Origin: Idiomarina loihiensis L2TR
GTDB lineage: Bacteria > Pseudomonadota > Gammaproteobacteria > Enterobacterales > Alteromonadaceae
Assembly: GCF_000008465.1 (NCBI RefSeq)
Contig: NC_006512.1
Location: forward strand, 90,001-122,000
Direction of reading: 5' to 3'
Length of the DNA: 32,000 nt
Shown here: piece after piece, positions 1 to 7,656 of the stretch
Position numbering within the stretch: position 1 is the stretch's first letter
Layout of the letters: each line of letters begins with the position of its first letter
Translations under genes and position numbers: made by a program
Notes under the pieces: model-generated
The model's database searches: none
Told to the model about the DNA's origin: nothing
The model's input: only the letters and a program-made list of their open reading frames with translations

Positions 1-297
1 GGGTTGGCGAAAGTACTTAGCGGCACTCAAGTGACAGTTAACGCCATACTGCCCGGACCCACACGCTCAGAAGGCGTGCTTAATATGCTTAAAGACATGG
101 CTGAGGAAGAGGGCGTTTCACAGGAAACAATAGAGTCCCGCTTTGTTCAGGAGAACCGGCCTTCGTCCATTATTCAGCGCTTAGCAACGCCTGAAGAGGT
201 TGCTAATATGAGTGTTTACGTGGCATCGCCGCAGGCCAGCGCCACTACCGGCGCAGCGCTGCGAGTCGAAGGCGGTATTGTCGATACCTTAACTTAG
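1..297 (+). CDS. SDR-family oxidoreductase, C-terminal fragment (5' end lies outside the window)
   Basis: The frame is open to the window edge. The C-terminal SDR pattern is present (VNAILPGPTRSEG ... TGAALRVEGGI). Stop TAG at 295-297. Confidence 0.75.
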   Translation, partial: GLAKVLSGTQVTVNAILPGPTRSEGVLNMLKDMAEEEGVSQETIESRFVQENRPSSIIQRLATPEEVANMSVYVASPQASATTGAALRVEGGIVDTLT

Positions 298-300
298 CCT

Positions 301-1110
301 TTAGGCCGCGTTGTTATAGGCGCGACGGCGCCGACGAAAGCGACTTAAGCGAGCTGGCTGAGCATCCGAGAATGTGTATTTCATCAGCGACAGCTCGCCG
401 TCATGGTTTTCAAACAGAGCCGTGCAATTTTCCACCCAGTCACCGGTATTGGCGTACAGTAAGCCGTCAGACTCAACCAATTCTGGGTGATGAATGTGTC
501 CGCATACAATACCGTCTAAACCACGCTTTTTAGTTTCGCGGAATGAGGCCGCCCGATAGCGGCCAATGACTTCTTCGGCTTTACCAATTTGGCTTTTCAC
601 GTAGGCCGACAATGACCAGTAATTGTGGCCAAACAGGTTGCGAATGCGGTTTGTTGTTCGGTTAAGCCACAGTAAGAAGTCATAAAGATGGTCGCCAACA
701 AACGACAGCCAGCGGCTATGGCAGGTTTCGGCATCAAACGCGTCGCCGTGCATTACCAGCAAACGTTTGTTGTCAGCGGTAGTATGAATAGCCTGACGTT
801 GAATGCGAATACTGGCCACATCTGGATGGCGATATTTACGCATAACTTCGTCATGGTTGCCGGGAATGTAGATAACCTCGACACCGTTACGTGCCATTGC
901 CAGTATTTGCTGAAGTACCTTATGATGCTGATCCGGCCAAAATATCTGCCGTTTCATTGCCCAAAAGTCGACAATGTCGCCAACCAGATACAACCGCTCA
1001 ATATCAACGCGTTTGAGCAGGTGAAGCAGAAATTCGGCTTTGCAATCTTTAGAGCCAAGGTGTACGTCGGAAATAAACAAAGTTCGGGCGTTCAAGCGAG
1101 CCTGAGGCAT
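301..1110 (-). CDS. LpxH-like metallophosphoesterase (UDP-2,3-diacylglucosamine diphosphatase family)
   Basis: 269 aa. Calcineurin-type motifs occur in LpxH order: SDVHLG, VGDIVDFW, GNHDE, MHGD, CGHIHH. SD GGAGA lies 5 nt upstream of ATG 1110. Convergent with the SDR fragment, with only 3 nt between the stops. Confidence 0.75.
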   Translation of the reverse strand: MPQARLNARTLFISDVHLGSKDCKAEFLLHLLKRVDIERLYLVGDIVDFWAMKRQIFWPDQHHKVLQQILAMARNGVEVIYIPGNHDEVMRKYRHPDVASIRIQRQAIHTTADNKRLLVMHGDAFDAETCHSRWLSFVGDHLYDFLLWLNRTTNRIRNLFGHNYWSLSAYVKSQIGKAEEVIGRYRAASFRETKKRGLDGIVCGHIHHPELVESDGLLYANTGDWVENCTALFENHDGELSLMKYTFSDAQPARLSRFRRRRRAYNNAA

Positions 1111-1148
1111 AACGATCTCCCACTGTGGGTTTCGTCCATACTCCTCTG

Positions 1149-1189
1149 CTTAAATGAACCGCCGTTGACAGTTCATTTAAGCTTTTGTG
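1149..1189. other. Perfect 11-bp inverted repeat (cttaaatgaac / gttcatttaag, 11-nt loop) followed by CTTTTGTG
   Basis: Read directly. It lies between the small ORF at 1242-1469 and the LpxH-like start at 1110. The stem is AT-rich. Confidence 0.3.
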
Positions 1190-1241
1190 ACATCGGCAGA
1201 CTATTTGCGACAAGATCAGCTTTATTATGAATGGCATAAAG

Positions 1242-1469
1242 TCAGGAAGCATTGTGCACCGGCTCAGGCATTAACCAGGCATAATCTTTAAAACGCTCAT
1301 AGAGCCTGATACTCCGATCTAGCGTGCTTGTTCTACTTTTTGCCATGACGTCCCTGTCTATTGGGTAATGCGAATATGAAACCCGAAAACCATAAACCGG
1401 ACAAGCATCTTTACAGTAATCATACATGAGAACCAAGGGGCGCTTGATTCCCCGACGACTTTTGACCAT
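1242..1469 (-). CDS. Hypothetical small protein (75 aa)
   Basis: ORF only. No clear SD and no family recognised. Confidence 0.3.
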   Translation of the reverse strand: MVKSRRGIKRPLVLMYDYCKDACPVYGFRVSYSHYPIDRDVMAKSRTSTLDRSIRLYERFKDYAWLMPEPVHNAS

Positions 1470-1518
1470 GCTTATTTTAATTAAGTTACTGAGTAACGGT
1501 AAAAACTTGGAGGTTTAA

Positions 1519-1809
1519 ATGGATAACAAAGACGCATTTGAGAAAAAGCACGAAGCAAAAATAGAAGAAATGAAAGCTGAGATTGACCGCTTAAAAGCGA
1601 AAGCAAAGCAGTCGGAAGCGGAGTCTGAAATTAAGTATGAAGAAAAAATTAGTGAACTTGAAGCGTTAAGAAATGATGCAGAAACTAAGCTGGAAGAAGT
1701 TAAGAAATCCAGCAAAGACGCATGGTCTGACGTTAGTAAGGGACTTGAGTCGGCAACAGAGTCTTTATCAACGGCGCTGAAATCGGCCAGTCAGCAATTT
1801 AAAAAATAA
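1519..1809 (+). CDS. Small charged coiled-coil protein (96 aa), function unknown
   Basis: Strong SD GGAGG lies 6 nt upstream of the ATG. The sequence is a K/E-rich heptad-like stretch (KIEEMKAEIDRLKAKAKQSEAESE). Confidence 0.65.
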   Translation: MDNKDAFEKKHEAKIEEMKAEIDRLKAKAKQSEAESEIKYEEKISELEALRNDAETKLEEVKKSSKDAWSDVSKGLESATESLSTALKSASQQFKK

Positions 1810-1824
1810 AGGGTTTAGGGGTGG

Positions 1825-2064
1825 CTACTTGCTGGCTGTTAGCCACCCTGCAAAAAATGCTGCGGCAAGTGCCCCGGCAATAATAGCGATAAACCATGCA
1901 GCTCCAGCCCGCTTTCCTAAATTAATTGTCCAGCCAAGCATTGGATAAAATTTCGGCACCCAGCTGCGCGTATCTTTCTTGCTAAAGTATATGCCGAGCC
2001 ACAAAGGCCGTGACCAGTTGCTTTCGTCATGCCATTCCTGAGAATTGATTTCTTCTTGAGTCAT
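1825..2064 (-). CDS. Small membrane protein, DUF5808-like (79 aa)
   Basis: SD AGGAGG lies upstream of ATG 2064. Trp-rich N-terminus and a C-terminal TM helix (AAWFIAIIAGALAAAFFAGWL). The family name is from memory. Confidence 0.55.
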   Translation of the reverse strand: MTQEEINSQEWHDESNWSRPLWLGIYFSKKDTRSWVPKFYPMLGWTINLGKRAGAAWFIAIIAGALAAAFFAGWLTASK

Positions 2065-2178
2065 AAAGGCCTCCTAAGAACAAATAGTAGTCGATTTTTC
2101 CGGGAAATCACGGGGTGAGTTGATATCTCCCGCAACTCAATGTAATTTTCAGTCCATTCTCACTAATCTGAAGCCATT

Positions 2179-2427
2179 ATGTCCTCTTTGTTAAACTGGA
2201 TGAAAACTCTGGGCACGATACCTCTAGCCCTTTGCGTTCTTTTCGTTGTATTTCTGCCTTCAATTTTATTCGCGGCATTTATTGTCTGGATTTTCGACTT
2301 GCTGTTTTTAGACCTGGCATGGATGTCCTGGTCAACTTTTTGGTGGATACTGGGCGTTTGGGTTGTGACCATGATCATTGCGTTAGCTGGTCAAGCCGAC
2401 AAGATTCTGTTTGGTACGCCGAAGTAG
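2179..2427 (+). CDS. Small hydrophobic membrane protein (82 aa, about 3 TM helices)
   Basis: ORF with strongly hydrophobic content. No convincing SD. Confidence 0.4.
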   Translation: MSSLLNWMKTLGTIPLALCVLFVVFLPSILFAAFIVWIFDLLFLDLAWMSWSTFWWILGVWVVTMIIALAGQADKILFGTPK

Positions 2428-2428
2428 T

Positions 2429-4399
2429 CTAATCTTTAGGAACATAATATTCTCGCGATTGATACAAAATAGACGGCAACATAGCGAATGCTCTTATTTT
2501 TTTTAACTGCTCGGGGCTTAGCGGATCCTCTATCGGCTCTTGCTTATCGACTTCCGGGATATAGCGATAATGCTCAGTTGGCTTATTTACCCTAAGAACG
2601 GTTAAAGTCTCACCTTCCAACCATCCGTAGTTGTCGCCAAACTGCATCATTGCCCGGTTTCCGGGAGCTTTATCTGTGCGGCTTAAATCCTGCCCTACTG
2701 TTGGCAAATAGGCGGAAACACCTGCTAAAGAGAGTAATGTGGGAGCTAAATCAATTTGGCTTGCTGTCGACTTAATGGTTCGGGGTTCAAGATCTGCACC
2801 TAAAATCAGTCCTGGTATGTGGAATTTATTGACAGGGATTAAGTCGTCACCGTAAACCCGGGTATCATGATCGGCCACGACCAAAAATAAGGTGTTATCC
2901 CAGTAGTTACTTTGTCTGGCTTTTCTAAAGAACTCTCCGAGTGCGTAATCCGCATATTTAACCGCATTATTCACGGTATTTTTAGGCTCCTCATGAAGCT
3001 TTATAGTGTTATCGGGGAACTTAAACGGTTCGTGATTAGAGGAGCTAAAAGCCAGGGTGAAGGTGGGGTGTTTAGCTGTGTTGACTACTAATCGCTGATG
3101 TAGTTTATTAAATAAATCTTCATCGCTAACACCCCAGCTCCCAGTAAAATTCGGTGTTTTGTAATCATCTTGATCGATAATCGATTGAAAGCCATTACCG
3201 ACAAAAAAGTTGGCCATATTGTCAAAGTGAGCCTGGCCGCCGTAGATAAACTCGGTGAAATAACCCTGCCGGGATAAAACATCGGCAAGTGTAAAAAACT
3301 GACGCTGTGAGTTTGAAAGTTTCACGGTGCTTCGTGCTCTAGTCGGTAAAAAACCTGAAACAACAGCCTCTATACCGCGTACTGAACGGGTTCCTGTTGC
3401 GTAAAGCCGCTCAAACCACCAGCCATCTGATTTCAGTCGCTCCAGATTAGGTGTTACCGGTACGCCACCAAGTGATTCGACAAATGTCGCACCCAGGCTT
3501 TCTTCTAAAATAATGACAATATTAAGAGGTTTTTCTCTTTTCCGTGTCGCAGGCTGAAAGTGTACTGTGGGGTAATCTTTGTAAGGAAACTCATATTCTT
3601 TAAGGTGAGTGTTCTGCTTAACTGTTGTTAAAACTTCATCGGTTTTCATATCACCGTATATAAGATTTGCTTTTGATTCGTGTTTTAAATTGTAAAGTGC
3701 ATACTCTAAGGTATAAGTGGAATTCAGAATCAATGAATTGACCATGGCATCAGAGGTAACCGCGAAAAATGCTGGGTTAGCCGGGCGATGCGCTAGTGTT
3801 GAACGGATGCCGAGTACTACCATCACTAGAAGAAGAGGGTAAACACCCAACAAATACCGACGGCGCATTGGTTCTGGTTGAAATCGTTGAGCAATAATAC
3901 GGGCTATGCGCTTTAAAATGTATATGGTTAGTAAAGTAGAAGCCGCACCTATCATTAACCAAGTTTTGAATCCGTTCCATAGTGTGGAAAATACTTCGGC
4001 GGGATACTCTAGGTATTCAAAGAATAAGCGGTTGGGTCTAGTGTCGTACTGAGCCAAAAAAGCCGGTGTTGAAATCTCCATGAACCATAAAATGATGAAG
4101 CATAATGTAAACCACAGTAAAGCAGCACGATACCAGAGACTCTGGACTCGATATCGGTTCATAAAAGGAATAAAAAGTGGGAACGCAAGAAATGGGATGA
4201 TAATAAAATAGCTTACTTGCATAAGATCGGCTCGTAAGCCCAGAATGAAAAACTCTCCTAACCCTATAGCTTCGCTGACACGGTTGCTGTACAGAGAGAA
4301 GTGAAGAAAGCGGAATCCACTAAGCAGAGCGAGCGCAGAAACAAAGAAAAGAAATATTGGCCGCAATAATTCTGCAATTGGTAAAATTGGTTTGATCAT
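2429..4399 (-). CDS. LTA-synthase / phosphoglycerol-transferase family membrane enzyme (alkaline-phosphatase superfamily, MdoB/OpgB/LtaS-like)
   Basis: The N-terminal ~220 aa are multi-TM. A sulfatase-type domain follows (NIVIILEESLGATF, YATGTRSVRG, SSSNHEPF, LVVADHD). The ORF track starts at a TTG (4441). I prefer ATG 4399 because the regulatory boxes and a possible -10 lie at 4440-4483. Confidence 0.85.
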   Translation of the reverse strand: MIKPILPIAELLRPIFLFFVSALALLSGFRFLHFSLYSNRVSEAIGLGEFFILGLRADLMQVSYFIIIPFLAFPLFIPFMNRYRVQSLWYRAALLWFTLCFIILWFMEISTPAFLAQYDTRPNRLFFEYLEYPAEVFSTLWNGFKTWLMIGAASTLLTIYILKRIARIIAQRFQPEPMRRRYLLGVYPLLLVMVVLGIRSTLAHRPANPAFFAVTSDAMVNSLILNSTYTLEYALYNLKHESKANLIYGDMKTDEVLTTVKQNTHLKEYEFPYKDYPTVHFQPATRKREKPLNIVIILEESLGATFVESLGGVPVTPNLERLKSDGWWFERLYATGTRSVRGIEAVVSGFLPTRARSTVKLSNSQRQFFTLADVLSRQGYFTEFIYGGQAHFDNMANFFVGNGFQSIIDQDDYKTPNFTGSWGVSDEDLFNKLHQRLVVNTAKHPTFTLAFSSSNHEPFKFPDNTIKLHEEPKNTVNNAVKYADYALGEFFRKARQSNYWDNTLFLVVADHDTRVYGDDLIPVNKFHIPGLILGADLEPRTIKSTASQIDLAPTLLSLAGVSAYLPTVGQDLSRTDKAPGNRAMMQFGDNYGWLEGETLTVLRVNKPTEHYRYIPEVDKQEPIEDPLSPEQLKKIRAFAMLPSILYQSREYYVPKD

Positions 4400-4455
4400 A
4401 AATATTGTACTAGTTCTTTGTTGCTGCTTAATAAAAGGCAAACTAGCAGCGCATT

Positions 4456-4483
4456 CTTAAGTAAGCCTTAAGAAACATTTAAT
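4456..4483. promoter_or_regulatory. PmrA/BasR-box-like site 1: CTTAAG-taagc-CTTAAG-aaaca-TTTAAT (three YTTAAK hexamers at 11-bp phase)
   Basis: Read directly in the divergent intergenic region between the LTA-synthase-like gene and dgkA. CTTAAG is self-complementary, so the orientation is ambiguous. Confidence 0.6.
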
Positions 4484-4522
4484 AAGTTATTTAAAGATGT
4501 TGATGGCTAAGAGGGCGATAGA

Positions 4523-4882
4523 ATGAAACCGGGAAAGAAAGGCTTAGAACGAATTTGGTACGCAACTTTCAATTCGCTGCGAGGCCTGAAAAGTGCGTGG
4601 CAGTACGAGGCGGCCTTTCGACAGGAAGCACTAATGTGTTTGATTTTGGTACCTGTCGCTTTTTACGTTGAAGCATCGTTGGCTGAGCGGCTGCTATTGC
4701 TTGCAAGTCTTTTTATTCTGCTCATTACTGAGCTTCTTAATTCGGCGGTAGAAGCCGTTGTTGACCGTGTTGGGGCAGAGTTCCACGAGCTTAGTGGAAG
4801 GTCGAAAGACTTAGCCTCTGCAGCGGTATTTTTTGCCCTACTGTTTATGCTCGTGGTCTGGGTTAGCATTCTGTTTTTTTGA
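4523..4882 (+). CDS. dgkA: Diacylglycerol kinase
   Basis: 119 aa, colinear with E. coli DgkA (AAFRQE ... ELLNSAVEAVVDRVG.E.HELSGR.KD..SAAV). SD AGAGGG upstream. Confidence 0.9.
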   Translation: MKPGKKGLERIWYATFNSLRGLKSAWQYEAAFRQEALMCLILVPVAFYVEASLAERLLLLASLFILLITELLNSAVEAVVDRVGAEFHELSGRSKDLASAAVFFALLFMLVVWVSILFF

Positions 4883-4931
4883 TTTATTGGGTATGTTCAG
4901 GAACTTTCTACAAACTAACGCTCCACTATTC

Positions 4932-4974
4932 CTTAATAGCCCTTAAGGTTCTCTTAAGTAAACGCTCATACAGT
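4932..4974 (+). promoter_or_regulatory. PmrA/BasR-box-like site 2 plus -10: CTTAAT-agcc-CTTAAG-gttct-CTTAAG, then 10 nt, then TACAGT (4969-4974)
   Basis: Read directly. It lies 53 nt upstream of ATG 5027. The box-to-(-10) spacing is the same as at site 3. Confidence 0.6.
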
Positions 4975-5026
4975 AGCAGCATGAATGATTCTGTCAGCGA
5001 TGTCCGCTGGAAAAGGAGTAATCGTC

Positions 5027-5629
5027 ATGCGCTACCAATGGGTTACAACAACACAGGCTAACCGGTCGTCGGTTGAGGCTTTTATCTGTGAACGCTACTG
5101 GCTCAATTTTAATGCCTGCCTTAGTCAACTGCCCGAGGTGCTGCTAGCCCTGTACGAAAACGACACTCTGGTTGCGGCATGTGGTATTCAGTTTGCCGAA
5201 CAAAAGCCGTTGTTTTCAGAGTTCTATCTCGATAAGCCATTGCAACAATACTCTGTTGGCAACAAGCCGATGCCAGCGCTTGAAAATATAGCTGAAGTCG
5301 GTTCAATGGCCGCTCTGGCACCGCCTTATTTACCTTTGCTGTTTCAGGCGGTTATCGATTCTCTCTTGTCGAGAGGAATAACCGCTGTTGTCTTCACTGC
5401 AACCCGGGCTCTGCAAAAGTATTTCGCGAGACAAGGCATAGAATTAACCCTTCTAGCCGAAGCTAAGAAAAACGCTTTGCCCGAGTCTGTCCGCGATATA
5501 TGGGGCAATTACTATGAGCACACACCGCTTGTGCTGGGTGGTTGGCTGAGCCAGGGGCATGCGTTATTCACTAAGCAACGCCCTGCGTCTGTTTTCAGGT
5601 CGACAGTAGGGGCTGCGTCATGCCTGTAA
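5027..5629 (+). CDS. Thermostable-hemolysin family protein (delta-VPH-like; predicted GNAT-fold acyltransferase-like)
   Basis: About 200 aa. Resembles the Vibrio delta-VPH / Pfam T_hemolysin family from memory (VEAFI.ERY...F.A.L....P.LLAL ... IAEVGSMAA). SD AAGGAG at 5013-5018 favours ATG 5027 over the ORF-track start at 4985. The stop overlaps the next gene by 10 nt. Confidence 0.65.
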   Translation: MRYQWVTTTQANRSSVEAFICERYWLNFNACLSQLPEVLLALYENDTLVAACGIQFAEQKPLFSEFYLDKPLQQYSVGNKPMPALENIAEVGSMAALAPPYLPLLFQAVIDSLLSRGITAVVFTATRALQKYFARQGIELTLLAEAKKNALPESVRDIWGNYYEHTPLVLGGWLSQGHALFTKQRPASVFRSTVGAASCL

Positions 5630-6969
5630 CTGAGTTTTTTGACCAACTGCAAGCGCACGCAAAAAGTAATCCAAATCAGCTCTCTGTAAGTGACGAGCAA
5701 ACGGCTATTACTTACCACACGTTACTTAGTCGGGTGGCCGCCCGACGCGACTATTACCTGCAACAGCCAGACCCTGTTGTTCTTATCGACAAACCCAACT
5801 CCATTGATTGGGTTATAGATGACCTGGCGCTGCTGTGGGCGGGCAAAGTCAGTGTCCCGGTACCACCATTTTTTACTGAACAGCAGAAGCAGCATTTGGT
5901 TCAGCAAACCTTGTCGTCGCCGCAATTGCCGTCGATGACAGCTAAAATCACCTATACTTCAGGAACAACCGGTGAACCTAAAGGAGTTTGTCTTGCTGCC
6001 GCGTCTCAGATGGAAACAGTGAAAGCACTGGCGGAGCGTCTGGGAGCGGTGAAGGTTAAGCGGCATATGGTACTGATGCCGCTTGCTGTATTGCTGGAAA
6101 ATATTGCCGGGGTGTATCTATCGCTTTGGCTAGGTAATGAAGTGGTTCTGGTTGGTTCAGAAACTCTGGGGCTGAAAGGATCATCATCACTCTGTGCAGA
6201 GTCTTTTTTTGCTGCGCTACGGCTCTACCAACCGGATAGCCTAATTCTAACGCCTGCACTGTTGGCGGCTATTGTATCGGGTGTTGAGCAAGGTTTGTTA
6301 GATAGTCAGCAGTTCAAGTTGTTAGCGATAGGAGGCGCAAAATTACCCCTGCCGTTGGAGTCAAAAGCATTGGCATTAGGCCTGCCGCTGGTTCACGGCT
6401 ATGGATTGTCAGAGTTTTGTTCTGTTGTCGCATTGAACTCACCCGACCGTCCGGTTGTCGCTTCGGTTGGCAAACCGCTACCTCATGCACAGGTGACTAT
6501 TGATGAGGGCGAAGTTGTGGTCTCCGGCAACTGCATGCTGGGTTACCTGGGTGAGCCAGACTCCTGGTATCCGAAAAGGATAAGAACTGGCGACCTTGGC
6601 TCATGGGATGCTGAGGGCAACCTGCGCATTGGCGGGCGTATTAAGAATATTATTATTACGGCGTTTGGGCGCAATGTTGACCCTGAGTGGCCAGAAGCCC
6701 TGTTGAGCCTGCAGCCCAACATCCGACAAGCGGCCATTTGGGGCTCGGAAGAGTTACCCATTACCGCGCTGCTATATTCTCCTGAAAACATCGACTCTGT
6801 TGCCGCTCGTGTTAAAGCGGTTAATCAGCAGCTTCCTGACTACGCGCAAATCGAGCGGTATTTTCTTATCACTGAACCTTTTTCTCAGGCCAACCAACAG
6901 TTGACCGGAACCGGACGTCTTCGTCGTCAGCAAATTGCTAACGACTATTCCGAGCTATTAACGCTATAG
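5620..6969 (+). CDS. AMP-dependent synthetase/ligase (ANL adenylating enzyme), short form (449 aa)
   Basis: Core motifs TYTSGTTGEPKGV, HGYGLSEF and RTGDLGSWDAEGNLRIGGRIKN are present. Its start overlaps the upstream stop. Confidence 0.85.
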   Translation: MPVTEFFDQLQAHAKSNPNQLSVSDEQTAITYHTLLSRVAARRDYYLQQPDPVVLIDKPNSIDWVIDDLALLWAGKVSVPVPPFFTEQQKQHLVQQTLSSPQLPSMTAKITYTSGTTGEPKGVCLAAASQMETVKALAERLGAVKVKRHMVLMPLAVLLENIAGVYLSLWLGNEVVLVGSETLGLKGSSSLCAESFFAALRLYQPDSLILTPALLAAIVSGVEQGLLDSQQFKLLAIGGAKLPLPLESKALALGLPLVHGYGLSEFCSVVALNSPDRPVVASVGKPLPHAQVTIDEGEVVVSGNCMLGYLGEPDSWYPKRIRTGDLGSWDAEGNLRIGGRIKNIIITAFGRNVDPEWPEALLSLQPNIRQAAIWGSEELPITALLYSPENIDSVAARVKAVNQQLPDYAQIERYFLITEPFSQANQQLTGTGRLRRQQIANDYSELLTL

Positions 6970-6978
6970 AGGTATTTT

Positions 6979-7656
6979 ATGTCCTTTTTTAACACTTTAT
7001 GTGAGCAGACCCAGACAGAACAGCAGTATTTGCTGAGCGCAAGACCTATTCAACAGGCATTGCAGGGCGATATTTCATTGCCTCGTTATCAGGCTTTTTT
7101 AAGTCAGGCTTACCATCATGTAAAGCATACGGTTCCATTGCTGATGCGCTGTGGCAGCCGCCTGTCGCTAAACGATGAGTGGTTACGCAAAGCGGTTATT
7201 GAATACATTGGCGAAGAATATGGTCATGAGCGCTGGATACTCAACGACCTCGATGCCGCTGGCGGCGATGTGGATATGGTGCAGAACTCAGAGCCACATA
7301 CACCGACACAGGCCATGGTGTCTTTGGTTTATAACGCGATAGACAATGTGCATCCTACGGCGTTCTTTGGCATGGCACACGTACTGGAAGGAACCAGCGT
7401 GAAGCTGGCAACGGCCGCCGCACATAAAATCCAGAGCACACTTGGCTTGCCGGAGTCAGCTTTTAGTTATTTGCTGTCCCACGGAGACCTGGATCAGGAT
7501 CACGTTCAGTTTTTTGAGCAACTGATGAACCGAGTTGAAGACGCCGACGCGCAGCGCGCCATTATTCAAACCGCTAAACACGTTTATCGCTTGTATGGTG
7601 ATATGTTCAGAGCTTTGCCGGAGCTTGCGGGTGAACAACCGGAAGCGAGTGTATGA
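6979..7656 (+). CDS. Heme-oxygenase-like di-iron oxidase/oxygenase (HDO; iron-containing redox enzyme / TenA-PqqC-CADD-like fold)
   Basis: 225 aa, all-helical. Candidate ligand set: E80-x2-H83 (EEYGHE), E137 (AHVLEGTS), H168-x3-D172-x2-H175 (HGDLDQDH). SD AGAGG upstream. Confidence 0.65.
   Translation: MSFFNTLCEQTQTEQQYLLSARPIQQALQGDISLPRYQAFLSQAYHHVKHTVPLLMRCGSRLSLNDEWLRKAVIEYIGEEYGHERWILNDLDAAGGDVDMVQNSEPHTPTQAMVSLVYNAIDNVHPTAFFGMAHVLEGTSVKLATAAAHKIQSTLGLPESAFSYLLSHGDLDQDHVQFFEQLMNRVEDADAQRAIIQTAKHVYRLYGDMFRALPELAGEQPEASV

Noticed and set aside
688-1230. 180-aa plus-strand ORF
   Set aside because: It lies antisense within the LpxH-like gene, whose motifs are unambiguous. It has no SD and a low-complexity, odd composition. 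Likely a shadow ORF.
1819-1848. 9-bp stem (gggtggcta / tagccaccc) between the convergent genes at 1519-1809 and 1825-2064
   Set aside because: The stem lies inside the 3' end of the minus-strand CDS, and there is no adjacent T-run on the plus strand. It may be a weak bidirectional terminator, but this is not convincing.
4985-5026. Longer N-terminus for the hemolysin-family gene (ORF-track start at 4985)
   Set aside because: The predicted -10 at 4969-4974 would leave almost no leader. A strong SD (AAGGAG, 5013-5018) serves ATG 5027 instead.
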